Source of the DNA: the human T2T-CHM13v2.0 reference genome, Homo sapiens
Strand: one strand, 5' to 3'
NCBI RefSeq assembly: GCF_009914755.1
Contig: NC_060930.1
Length of the DNA stretch: 64,000 nt
The notes under the pieces were generated by a model. It searched no databases. It was not told the origin of the DNA and saw only the letters and a list, made by a program, of their open reading frames with translations. Shown one piece after another: positions 38,857-54,038 of this stretch. How positions within the stretch are numbered: the stretch's first letter is position 1; every line of letters begins with the position of its first letter. Made by a program: the position numbers and the translations under genes.

Positions 38857-39399
38857 TAATTTTTCTTTTTTTTCTTTTTTCCTTTCTCTCCCTCCCTTCC
38901 TCCTTTTTTTTTTTTTTTTTTTTGTAGATACGGTGTCTCCCCATGTGGCCAGGTTGGTCACAACTCCTGAACTCAAGTGATCCGCGCGTCTCGACCTCCC
39001 AAAGTGCTGGGATTACAGGCGTGAGCCACTGCGTCCGGCCACACTTCCATGACTTTTTAATAAACTTATACAGTTGTACAATTGTCACCACAATCCACTT
39101 TTAGAACATTTCTATTACCGCTTTCCTCCAATTTTTTCAAGCCCATCTGCATTCAATACCCGCTCCCACACCTCGCCCCAGGTAACTGTGCTCTTTGTCT
39201 TTGTAGATTTGCCTAGTGTAATTTATTTTTTACTTCGGTAATATAAGTAGGTCGTGCAAAATAGAGACTATTTAGCAACAGACTAGGCAGACTTAAATCC
39301 GATGGAAAGTTTAAAGTTGTTTAAAAGTGGGCTATAGTTTCACATGACTTTTTTAAAAAGAGGAAAGGTGAGAAGAGGTTCCAGTCTGGGGCGGCTAGG

Positions 39400-40420
39400 A
39401 CTGGGGTGATGGTTCTGGAGGCGGCGAGGGAAGGTGTGAGGCGAGGAGACCTCTCGAATCGCGCCCGCCCCGCCCAGGGCCGGATTGGCTCCCAACCCAC
39501 CCTCTTTGCTCCAGGGCGGCCGCCGTCCTCTTGCGCAGGCGTAGTGCTCCTGCTTCCTGGCCGAGGGCGGGCGAGCGGAGCCTGCTTTCGCAGCGATCGC
39601 GAGCGTGTGGCGATTGCTTCTGTCTGTTATTTAGATATGGAAGCTGAGGGGATGCACAGAGGCAGCCAGAACCTAGGTCAGGGTCTCGCTCGGTGCTGAC
39701 CGCCCCCGGGGTCGAGTAGGCGATGGGGGAGCCCGGCTTCTTCGTCACAGGAGACCGCGCCGGTGGCCGGAGCTGGTGCCTGCGGCGGGTGGGGATGAGC
39801 GCCGGGTGGCTGCTGCTGGAAGATGGGTGCGAGGTACGGGGGAAGGGGTCCTGTGGAGCGGAGGGCAGGGGCTGGAGGGAGCGGGGCTCCGGGGAGGGAG
39901 GAAGGTGTCTTGCTGGGCTGAATGAATGGCAGAGAGGAGGCGGGCATCAGGAAGAGGAGCGAAGTGTCTGTGGGGGGGGTGGATTCCTGGGGAGAGAAGG
40001 GAGAAAGCGGTTCTGGCGCGAGCGGCTGAAGGGTCTGCGGTGGGAGGTGTTTGGGGGAGAAATAGGGGCCGAGTGGGAGAAAGGAAGAAAAGAGAGTTCG
40101 GCTCTGGGGAGCCCGGGGGGGCCACAAGGGTTGGGGCGAGGACGGAGGCCCTGACCCGCGGCCTGTGGGGCGAGAAGCGGGCCCCGTCCAGAGAGGCCTG
40201 GGTCAGCGGGTAGCTGGGCCGGGGACTGGGAGGAGAGGGACGCGCAGGGAACGTGAGGAGATGCGGGGGTGTCGAGGAGGGGAGGGCGGGGGCTGGCCAG
40301 ATCCCGTTTAGGGCGCACAGAGCCCCGCGGTGCCAGGTCGGGGAACGGTGGCGGGGGCCGCGAGCTGCCGGGAAGCCGAGGCAGGGCCCGGCGCCTGAAC
40401 TTTCTCGAGTTTGTTTTGAA
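39400..40420. promoter_or_regulatory. CpG island / RNF8 promoter, exon 1 and start of intron 1
   Basis: Abrupt high GC and CpG density. GC boxes (cgcccgccccgccc ~39462, gggcgg ~39565), inverted CCAAT (ATTGG 39484-39488), NRF1-like tgcgcaggcgta 39532-39543, ETS-like cttcctg ~39553, TCGCGA 39597-39602. Confidence 0.9.
39723..39833 (+). CDS. RNF8: RNF8 coding exon 1 (aa 1-37), MGEPGFFVTGDRAGGRSWCLRRVGMSAGWLLLEDGCE
   Basis: gcgATGG Kozak context and GAG|gtacgg donor. Recognisable RNF8 N-terminus. Confidence 0.96.
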
Positions 40421-42372
40421 AACGATTGCAAATTTTGGGTTTTGTCCCTTAAAGCAATCAAACTTTCACGTAGAAATGTCTTCCTCCTTCCCAACTCTGA
40501 GGAACATGGGCGGCTTGGGCTGGGCCACATTTCTCCTGTGAGGCTCGGTACGGCCGAGTGGCACTCCCTGAGGTGGGTCGGGCAGGTATTCAGAGTTCTC
40601 TCCAGAGGCTGCCTGTCGTCTTTATTAATGCAGTTGCAAATGAAAAATATTTTAAGGGGAAAGATGAGGTACCGTTCCTGGCACGGTTCAAGATGCACCA
40701 GCGTGGTGCATCTTGAAAAGACGAGGGAAGGGAGGAGGGAGTTAGATTGCAATCAGGTTGAGAAGGAGAACTGGGTCAGGGACAAGCTTGTGATGACTGG
40801 GAACCATTTGGGTTTTGGAAATAATCTGTATGAAAAGTTCTCTTTGCAGTAAAAGTGGATGGTTGGTCATGATGTAAATTCAAGAAGTATTTTGAGTCTC
40901 ATGTGTGTTCAGGTAGATTTTTCCTATAAGCCGTACTGCCTCAATTCAGTCTGCCAGGTATTTACTGAGTATTTAACATTGTTTGGTGTACAATGAGGAC
41001 AAATAAAATTTCTGCGCTCGAAGAGTTTAAGGCTTGAGTGGGGAGAGAGGATTTATACAATGAAGCAGTCATCGTATAAAGAACATCCATATGGGCTGTA
41101 TGATCAAGTGCTAAGATTTGGATTATTTAGTTCCTTCCCAGAGCAGTAGTTCTTCAAGTCAGAGGAGGAATTCATGTCTAGGCACAAATTTAATTGCTAG
41201 ATTAGGGAGTGTTATAAAGGGTTACTTGTATGCTGTGGTTTGAGGAACACCAAGAAAACATCTCTGCCTCCAAATACCTCTTCTATCCAGGTATTAGTGC
41301 CTAAAAGTCCACATTAAGCATTCATTCTTTTAGCTTGAGCACTGATCTTTCCCTGCCTGGCCCTTTCCAACAGCATATGTTTGTGGGAAGTTTAACAAAT
41401 TAAAACACGAACACCTGAATAATAACCTGAATAATACACACAAAAATAAATTATTTTTGTGCATAACTATTAGTTAATTTCACATACATTACTTAATCTG
41501 ATCCCTGCATACACACAACCTCATAAGATAACTCAGTGGGCAAGTGTTATTCCTTTAGATTCAATTGTTGTGGATTAATTTATGACTTCTGAATAGCTTG
41601 TCAGTACTGCAGTCTTGGGCAGGTGGGATGGGGAGGACGAATTAAAGCACCTGAAGAAAGGGCAAGAAGACTATAAAGCAGTCTTAGACATATTCTAAAC
41701 CATTTGATAGTTCTTTATGGGGCCAGTTGCATGGGGAGGGACCCATATAAACTCAGTGGTAAGACTGTGGCTGGCTTCAGGGACCTGTGTGTAGGAGAAG
41801 CCTGCCAGGCTTGGCTGCCTGCAAGGTCAGGTCGTAGCATAGCCTGAAAAGAAGTCTGAATCAAAGGCAAGAGAAGAAGTTGTACTTATTGTTATGGTCC
41901 CCAAATCATAGCACAAGCTGTTTTGCACAAGATTTTAAAAGATACGCTAATAACATAACAGCAAAGGTAGGTCAGTTCCCTGCCTTTCCAGTTCTTAGTC
42001 TCAGATGTTGTGGATAAAATAATAAAACAGGGTTCCTTTCATTTCATTGATGGGAACACTGTAGTAAATTGTCTAATTAAGTGGCTTTAAGCTTGTTAAA
42101 GCAATGCATAGAGTTTGGTGGAAAAACAAGTAGAGATTTATTGCAAATTAGCTAGTTCTCAGGTACTATAAAGTATCTAGGCCTTTGGGGAAAACAACAG
42201 AACCTTCTCTCCCCTTTTCTTCTCTTGTATTTAGTTTTCATTAAGTTTTCTGCCCCAAGGGAAAAAAGGGAAAGGATGGTTATATTTACTGGTTTGGGGG
42301 CTTTTTTGTGGGGTGTTTTGTTTTGAGACAGAGTACTCCTTCTGTCACCCAGGCTGGAGTGCAGTGGTGTGA

Positions 42373-42612
<240 letters not shown>

Positions 42613-43389
42613 TGAGAAACAGTAGGAATTGTGCCCAGTAGGAAAGAGATAGTCTTAGTGAAGGTGGGCAAAGAGAGGATGATCTTTTAGATCAATAATG
42701 TGTGTAAGCTCAAAGGCTTGCAAAACTATTGTAAATGAAAACAACCCCTCACATATGGGTCGTCAGTCAGTTCCCACGGGAAATTCAGTGTTATGTTGAG
42801 TGGTCCTGAGATTTCCAGGTAACCTCACTGCACTCTTTAACTACAGTATAGGTGAAATATCAGTAGTACCAAGGTAAATTCTAAGACCAGGCAGTGCAGG
42901 GAAGGATGTAAAAGAATGATTCCTTTTTCTGGGTTCAGAGTCTGTTGGAGGCAATGTCAGGAAAAGGCACTCTTCTACTGTTTTGGTACTGTTTTCCCCT
43001 GGCTACTCACAATGGCAGTCTGGCTGTCTCCCCTCAAGTATTAGCATGTAATATGAGATGCTTCCTCTCTTAGAGATAAAGCTACCTAAATAGAAATTTT
43101 ACTGAATATGGACGACAGATAAATCCCTAGCCATTCCATTTTTAACAGATATGTGTATTCAGAGGAACTTCTATAATTAATATAATTCTGGCAGAGTGTG
43201 AAAGAACTGAAAAACTTTGTGCTCAGTGTTGGTGGAGTGATCACCACAACATTTTAAAGAGAAACAAGTGAGACTGTATGAGTTCCAACTGCTGCTCCAT
43301 ATTTTCCAATGGTAATACAGTCTCTAACTTCTGACCTAAAAACACCCACCCTAAAATCTTGAGGACTCATATGCAAGACCTCTTTATTC

Positions 43390-44200
43390 TTTCATTCATT
43401 CTCAAATACTTAACTGAACACTATGCCAGGTATAGAAACACAGTGGTAAACAAGACAGATAAAGTCCCTGCTTATCTAATTTATATTCTATTACGGGGAC
43501 AGAGGGGAAAAGTAAAATAAACAAGATAATTTTGGTCTGTGATAAGTACTTCCTAATAACTGAAGAAATATGATGGGAAGCAGACAACCAACTTTAGACA
43601 GAGGTAATCAGAGTAGGCTTATGAGTAGCTGGAACATGAAAGATAAGGAGCCTGTGCAAGATCTGAGAGAAGAGTGTTCTTAGCAGAGGGGCTAAGTGAA
43701 AAGACCCTCAGGTAGGCTGGCACTTCGGGGAGATGGGCTTAAGGAACAACAACAACAAAAAAGTTTGAGGGGCTGGAGCAGCTAGTGTTGGCACTATGGT
43801 ATGAGTTAAGACTAAAGAGTAGAAGGGCTCAGGACATTCAGGGTCTTATAGGCCATGGAAGGAAGTTTGAATGATTGGACAGTTTTAAGGAAAGAAGGAA
43901 AATGACCTGATTTAAAATTTTTACATTTCTATTCCAGTTACTATTATAAAGCTTATGGGGGCTAGAGTGAGAACAGAAACAGTAGGAGGCCAGGTGGTTT
44001 GGACTAAGGCTGTGGCTGCAGAGATAGGAATGAACAGACTTAGGACATATTTGAATTATAGCCCATATAATTTACCAGTGATTTCAATGTGGGGATGAGG
44101 GACAGAGATGAATCAAAGATGGCTTCTGGGTTATGGGTTGAGTAGTTGGTTGGATAGTATTGTGAATACTGAGATAAGAGTTTGTGGGGAGGAATAGATT
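43390..44200 (-). mobile_element. L2 LINE fragment
   Basis: ttcattcattctcaaatacttaactgaacactatgccagg start and typical L2 body. Confidence 0.75.
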
Positions 44201-44544
44201 AGGTCAGTGAGTCGTGGTGGTCTTTGAGGGACTGAGGAGGACAGGCATTCTGAAAGATTTTAAAGAGAAGAGAAGAGGGCAGTTTTAGCTAACTTTGGTT
44301 TAAAGTTCCCAGTTAAGGTTGTGATATGGGACATTAAAGAGGTCGTTTGTGCACTAAGAAGAATATGCAGGGAGCCGGGCGCGGTGGCTCACACCTGTAA
44401 TCCCAGCACTGTGGGAGGCTGAGGCAGGCAGATCACTTGAGATCAGGAGTTCGAGACCAGCCTGACCAACATGGTGAAACCCCGTCTCTACTAAAAATAC
44501 AAAAATTAGTTGGGTGTGGTGGTGCGTGCCTGTAATCCCAGCTA

Positions 44545-44649
<105 letters not shown>

Positions 44650-44999
44650 TCAAAAAAACAAAAAAAAATTAACAAACAAAAAAGAATAAGGGAATTCTGT
44701 GATCTGGAACTCAGAAGAATTTCATTTCCTTCCTTCACAGGGTTGTTATGAACTAGACTGGTCCAACAGGAAAGTATGATAGATGTGAACTGGGGCTTCT
44801 TTTCAACCTTTTCCGGAAGCTCTCAAGCTGTTCTTGTGGATAAGACAGAGAATATGTACTCCAATGCAAAGACTTTTGGTTGAATTATAACTGGCTGAAG
44901 GTATATCCAGATGGTGTGGGTTAATGTTTACTAGGTTTTCCTGAAAACTTTGCCTTTGGCTGCATCCCATTCTGTGTCTTGAACGAAGGTATAGAAGGC

Positions 45000-45770
45000 A
45001 TCATCTCATAAATTTGGTGGAAGAGATATTAAGTATGTCTGATCTGATGGCAGATTAAAAATTCAGAAAGGTCTTGACAAATTGGTTTGATAGGCTGAAC
45101 TAGCAAGATGAAATTTAATAGGAATCAATCTAAGGTCCTGCGCTTGAATCCAAGGTTTTCCATCCAGTCAAGTATAGAGCAGAAGAGACAGGACTTAGGA
45201 TAGCATTTCTTGGAGGAGGGGGAGACCAAGAAATTTAATCATTCCTAAGTTCGAGGATACACTGGCAGTGTACTAGATCTGCTATGAAAGCTAATGCAAT
45301 TTATATGCTCCAGTGATAATATCTAGAACTGGGAAAGTAACACTTGCGTTTGACTGTGTAATAGAAATTAAGTTTATTTTTCTTAATATGCCATCCAGGA
45401 ATAAAGATAAACCAGCAGTCCCTTCACAGACTCATTAGAATGGCAAAGGCTCAAGCCCATCCCCTGGGAGTTAAGTTGAAGTAACTGGGAATACAGAACC
45501 AGGAAAAGAGAAAACTCAGTGTTCACTTTATATCTGTGCCATTGAAAGGGGATTGGAGATTTCCCGATGGTGCCCAGGGCAAAGCCAGGGCCAATGGATG
45601 GAATTTACAAGGAGAAAAATGCCAAGTCAGAGACATTTTAAAAATTGGAGGGCCTGCCTTATGTAAAGTTACTGACAGTATTTATGCGTTGATGGGATGT
45701 GTAGAAAGAATTCCTCTATCTCATAGTCATTGAACCAGATGACCTTTCAAGATCTTGGCAACCCTGAGAT
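45000..45770 (+). mobile_element. L3/CR1 LINE 3' fragment
   Basis: aaaattcagaaaggtcttgacaaattgg...aagatgaaatttaataggaatcaatctaaggtcctg and the 3' end agatgacctttcaagatc...aaccctgagat. Confidence 0.65.
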
Positions 45771-46003
45771 ACATGGATAACTCTTTTTCAGCTTTCTCTT
45801 GTTGTCACAACCGTTTGCCTTTTTCTACTTGGTGGTTCTCAAGACAGCTGAAGAGGAGATAGCTGATGCACTGTTTTGGTTCCACAGGTGTCTGGTTTCT
45901 TAAGTCAGGACCTGCATATGCTGCTGGTTGATGAGATTTGTAAAGGACCTCCCTTTTCAGCACAATGACTGATGGTATTTCTTGCATTGTTGTTGTCTCC
46001 CAG

Positions 46004-46132
46004 GTGACTGTAGGACGAGGATTTGGTGTCACATACCAACTGGTATCAAAAATCTGCCCCCTGATGATTTCTCGAAACCACTGTGTTTTGAAGCAGAATC
46101 CTGAGGGCCAATGGACAATTATGGACAACAAG
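46004..46132 (+). CDS. RNF8: RNF8 exon 2 (aa 38-80), FHA domain, VTVGRGFGVTYQLVSKICPLMISRNHCVLKQNPEGQWTIMDNK
   Basis: tctcccag| acceptor, AAG|gtacag donor. Contains the FHA GR and SRxH motifs. Confidence 0.97.
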
Positions 46133-46742
46133 GTACAGGAATTCACAGAAGCCTAATGACTTTTATTTGTTTTTAAATTACTTTTTTTTTTTTTTGCATA
46201 GGTAATTCATGGTATAAAATTCAAAAGTATAACTTCTTCTTTCCTAGCCATCCAGTTCCCTTTTCCAGAGGCAGCCACTTCCATATGCTGCCAGAGATTC
46301 GATTATGCTAAAATAATTTCTCTTGATTTGGGTTAAAGTTTGTTAACTTGAAGAGAATACCTGAATTGGGGTAGTAGGTCCTATTCCAGAAACTAGACTA
46401 AGTTACTGGGCAAATAAGCCTGTTTGAGGTGAAGCTCCCAGAGACCCTGGGAATCTGCAGAATCTGCTGACGCTTCTGGAGTACACTTATGGCTCAGTGG
46501 ACAAGGGGAGGAGGGAGAAACTGATCTGATTGCGCTTAGCTCCTTTCCTTCCTCACTCCTTTCAATCTGAGCAACCTCCCCTGGCCTTTAAAACATGTTT
46601 TAAATATTGGTGTTCCGAAGATTTCCTTTGAATAATGGGTTTTTCTCCTTTAAACAAATTTGAAAACCACTAGTTTAGTGGTAAATATATTGAGGGAGGT
46701 GCAATAGTATATGAAGCCCAGCAATTAGAAAGTACCTAATGT

Positions 46743-47042
46743 GCTGGGTGTGGTGGCACATGCCTGTAGTCCCAACTACTGGAGAAGCTGAGGCCAGAGG
46801 ATTGTTTGAGCCCATGAATTCTGGGTTATAGTGTGCTATGCCATTCTGGTGTCTGCCTTAAGTTCGGCATCAATATGGTGTCCTCCTGGGAGCAGGGGAC
46901 CACCAGTTTGTCTAAGGAGAGGTGAACTGACCCAGGTTGGAAGGAGGGCAGGTCAAAACTGCTGTGCTCATCAACAAAGGGATTGCACCTGTGAATAGCC
47001 ACTGCACTCCAGTGTGGCTGACATAGTGAAGCCCTGTCGCTA
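46743..47042 (+). pseudogene. 7SL (SRP) RNA processed pseudogene, full length, in RNF8 intron 2
   Basis: Alu-domain ends plus the 7SL-specific S domain (aagttcggcatcaatatggtg...ggggaccacca...caggtcaaaact). A-rich tail and degenerate TSD agaaagtacctaatgt / agaagatacctaaagt. Confidence 0.93.
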
Positions 47043-48793
47043 TCAAAAAGAAAAGAAGATACCTAAAGTGCAGATATACAAGCACCGAGGAATGTGATGA
47101 AAATACAGACTATGAGGTGAGAGAAATTCTAACATAAACAGTTAATGTTTAGGAAGTATAACATGTCTTTAAGTGCCATTTCATATTGCTTCACTGCCCC
47201 AGTTAGGATTTTAAAGGTACCATTAGAAGGGAGGGTATCCCACAGGTCTGCCTGCCATCCTCATATTGCGTGCATAAAACTGCTAGATTTAAGCTGTTGG
47301 AAAGTATCTTCCTGCTCTAGAATTAAGTTGAGTTGGCACTGTATTGAAGGAGACAGTACATAAATGCTAAGTAAATCAGTTCAGCACTTTTAGCAAGGCA
47401 CCATGAGCAGGATAAAAATTGGCACTGAGATTATCTACTTTAACCCCTTATGTAGACAGATGAATCTGAGGCCCAGAGAGATAAACTGTCTTGCCCAAAG
47501 CCTTCTCTATAATGAGCCAGGACTTAAGTTTCTCTGCTATGCCCTGTGTCAAGTATCAGTAAAGTATGTAAGCAATTTGCTATACTGGCTTTATGACGTC
47601 AAACAATTAATTATGCATATTTAAAATATAGCTGCAAGGTTTTAAAGCCTCTGTAATAGCGTATATCAAAACAGCTTAGGAAAAGATGTTTTCCTCATCA
47701 GAGTAGGCTGTATGAGAGTTAGGATTACAATATTATAGAGGTGAGTTCTCTGCTGCTGCTTTTCTTAATTATGTGCAGTGTAGATGTGATCCACTTATGG
47801 GATTAGCAGATTTTCATAGGTTGGGAAGCCAACAGCTGATCAACTTCAGTGTTATTTGAATTTCAACCACAGGGATACAGAGGCAGCCTGTGCAAGATCA
47901 GATCATGACTGTGCTCCGGGCTCACTCTCCAGTGTTTGCTTTGTACCCTTCCTTCTAGGGTTGCTGTTATCATATGATTCTTCTCAGGTCTCAGTCAGGC
48001 AATAGAGAGGAAAGATAGGTTTCTTAACAACCTGTTTAAACTTTTTAGCTGTGATTGTTTGTGAGATAACTGATTTTTAAGAGAAGCTAGGACTGGGGTG
48101 TTTTGATGGAACAATTCTTACAAGTAAATCCCCCCTGCCCCCTGCACTTTTCTTTTGACTACAGATGCCCCCTTTCTGGCTTCCTCCTGGCATGATGCCA
48201 TGGCAGCCCTCTTCTGCTGATAAGAGACCTGAATTTCAGCTGTAGGGTATTATTGCTGTGGTTGTGTTTGAAGTCATTTGCCAAATCTTTTTCAAGAGAT
48301 AGGTGTTTCTAACAAGTTAAAAACTCAGAGCTGCATTCTCTTATCTGCTGGAATGGCCAGAAAGTGAGAGCTTAAGTATAGATACAAAAATTGCAAGAAA
48401 TGTTATTTTGGTTTAAAATTGGCTTAAAATATAGAAAAAAACCTTGGAGGACAGCTAAGTCTGCACACAGTATGAGGATGGTTCTAGTTGTGTAGGTTTT
48501 GGTCAATTCATAAGCTTTTCAGATGGCCTGTCCTTTGTATTGGTATCCAGCTCTTTCAGAAAATTGGTTGTTTTAAAGTCACAGTATGAAATGCCTTAGA
48601 GGTTCAGTCACGTCTTACTTGAGCCTTTCCCATTCTTACCCTCCTCTCCTGTTGCTTTTCACCTGCTGCCTGGTGATTCCTACCTTTGTTCTTCTGCAGA
48701 CTCTGGCATTTGAAGTCCCTGTTGAGTGTACTCTTACGTGAACAAAGTTTGCTGTTTGGGACAGTTCAGCTTCTGGTCCTCCAGCAACTAGAG

Positions 48794-51090
<2,297 letters not shown>

Positions 51091-54038
51091 AGCTACGTAA
51101 ATTATCTAAAGCACTCCAAGAAAACATTGTCTTTTGGTTTGAGTGTCCACTTTCCTCAATAACTGTTTAAAAGCAGCTGGACAGAGATTGAGCATCTAGT
51201 GAAGTAATTCCTGTCTAAGTGGATGTGAATTATCCCACTTTTTTCCCATTGGTGGCTAGGACACATCAGGCAGACTTTTCTGGGTATCATTTTCTGCTGC
51301 TAGCATTGTTCAAATGGGTAGTTATGAAAACCAACATTAAGAAAGCCTTGAACAGAGCATGATTATTTAAGCCATTGTATTTGAGATCATATCTGGCAGT
51401 ACTTGATTGTTCTGTACCGCCATGGGATTTTTGTCCTTTTCTAGTCTCCTTATATGAACAGACCTGACTCAGGGCTTGGTTTAAATTATACCACTAGATG
51501 TCACCAAGAAGTAATGAATGGGTAAATGTACAAGGATCCAAGGACAAAATGTGATGGGAGAATTTTGAGTTTACTTTCCAGCTTCTAAAAGGGCTCTGAA
51601 GGCAATGGGTTAATGTAGAGGATCTAATGGAAGGCTGCAACATATCGTGAAAGTTTGCCCCAGCTTCTGAGGGCAAACTTACTCTCTTTAGCTGTGGACT
51701 GTCAGAACTCAGAAGTTCTGAGGGCAAACTTCCTACTCTCTTTAGCTGTGGGCTGTTTCTGTAATCTTATTTATTTATTTTACCTTATCTTAGCTTTGGA
51801 GACTTCCTTTAAATTTCTGTACCTTGGCATTAGGTGGCCTTCTGTGTCTTACTACTTTTTCTGAGACCTTTTTCCTGTGTATAATCTAAAATCGACTGTC
51901 CTGCTCTAAAATTGTTCTCAGATAGATTGTTCTAGCTCCATCCCTCTCTGTTGTTATTTCTCATATGTTGTTTCAAAATTCAGCAAACCTTATCACTCCC
52001 CATAGTTTCTCAGGCTGAATAGAAAGAGTGTGAGGAGGTTTCCTAGATGAACCAGGTTAGGCCCAATGCACAGTGGGTTAAGACTAATATTTCTGTATGT
52101 ATCTATGCCAGTCTTTCTTTCCGTGTAAACCAAGTAATGGAAGATAAAACTGGAAACAAGGGCCTAATGCCAAACCAGAGCTAAGATCTGATCTCTACTT
52201 TCCCTTTACCCTCTGTGCCTTGTGGTCAAGCCCCCTGTCCCTCATATTTGGGTTGACTGGAGATTTTTTTCTAGCTGAAAGTAGGTAGCTGTAGTTGCCA
52301 GTGTAAACATAAATCTTGGTCCCAATTCAGAAGTGAGCTTCATCTCTGGCCTATCCCCTGAACTTAAGTCCTTGATACGGGTTAAAATGCTCACCAGTAT
52401 ATTTCAACTCTGAATCTTGCCTTTGTTTCAAGTCTATTTTAGGACCTATCATCTCCATTTAGCATCCCATAGCTATCCCAGCTGCACATGATATTCCTTT
52501 GCATTTACAGGCTATGCCATGTAATCCCACATTTGCTCATTTGTGCCCTTGTGTTGTCTTTTCCACCATCAGCTGCTGAAAGCTTTCATGTCCTTTTCAC
52601 TCAATATATTTACCTTGCGTGACATTGAGCATAGAGTTGAAATGATTGTTGATGAATCAGTTGAACCAAGGCATAGTAATAGTAGTGAACACTTACGTAA
52701 TACGATGCCCAGGCACTGTCTAAATACTTGCCATATGTTATCTCATTAAATCCACACAGACACCATGAGGGAGAGACTTATTTTCCTCCATTTTATCAGT
52801 GCAGTAACTGGGCCATAAAGAGGTCAAGAAACCTGGCCAACATCACCCAGCTGCTAAATGATAGAGCCACATTACAAACCCAGGCAGTCTGACTCCAGGA
52901 TCTGTGCTCTTAACCTCAATACTATGACTTCATTAAAACCATAAAAGTAAATTTTTATTTTATTTTATTTATTTTGGAGACAGAGTCTCGCTCTGTCACC
53001 CAGGCTGGAGTGCAGTGATGCAATCTTGGCTCACGGCATCCTCTGCCGCCTGGGTTCTAGTAATTCTCATGCCTTGGCCTCCCAAGTAGCTGGGATTACA
53101 GGCACCCACCACCACACCTGGCTAATTTTTGTATTTTTAGTAGAGAGGTGGTCTCACTGTGTTGGCCAGGGTGGTCTTGAACTCCTGGCCTCAAGTGATC
53201 CGCACACCTCGGCCTCTCAAAGTGCTGAGATTACAGATGTAAGCTGCCACTCCCAGACAGTAAATATTTATTAAGCATTTATTCTATGTGAGTCATTGTG
53301 CTAAGTGATTTACATGCATTATCTTATTCATTCCTCACTGGAACAGTGTGAGGTAGGTACTGTACCATCCCTGTTCTGCAGACAAAACTGAGGCATGGAG
53401 AGGTTAAGTAAATTGCCAAATGCTATGCAGACTATGAACCCACATCTGAGTCCAGAGCTCCAGCTCTTAACCGCTATCCTGTATTGCCCATATACCCCTG
53501 TTGATATTAATTGGGTCAGATCCTACCTGCCATTTGACCCCAGTACCAGATATAGTACTCTCTTTTTTTTGGTTTATGTGTGCTTGCTTGCTTACCAGTG
53601 CGTTAAGGAACCACATCCAGAGATAGCATTTGAAACTACTTCATGGACCTCACCCTTAGCTACTGCTTTCTTCACTAATAGCATTTTTTCTAGTTTTGGG
53701 ACATTGCTCCAGTTTAGGTTAATAGGAGCTATCCAATTTCAGTTTCCTTTAATGCTATTCCATGTGTTTGAGTAAATTATCCACCAATAATAAGGTGATT
53801 CCTGCCTGTTATATGGCAGTTCTCTGTGGAGGCATGAATGTGAAATATAGGTAAAAAGCCAAAGCACTGCTTGACGAATGCTGTTTCTAAGGATGGTCGT
53901 TTATGAATCTTTCTTTTCTATTTGTTATCAAGAGTTTTCCTTCTGAAAAGGCAGAAGATTTTACAGCAGCAGGAGAGAGATTCCTTTAAGAAGACGAAAA
54001 TCATGAAGCTTATTTCTTCTTTCTTTCACTTTCCCCAG

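Noticed and set aside
39745-40752. 335-aa antisense ORF and other long ORFs (39678-40852) over the RNF8 promoter and intron 1
   Set aside because: Pro/Arg/Gly-rich with no domain; long stop-free frames are expected in a CpG island.
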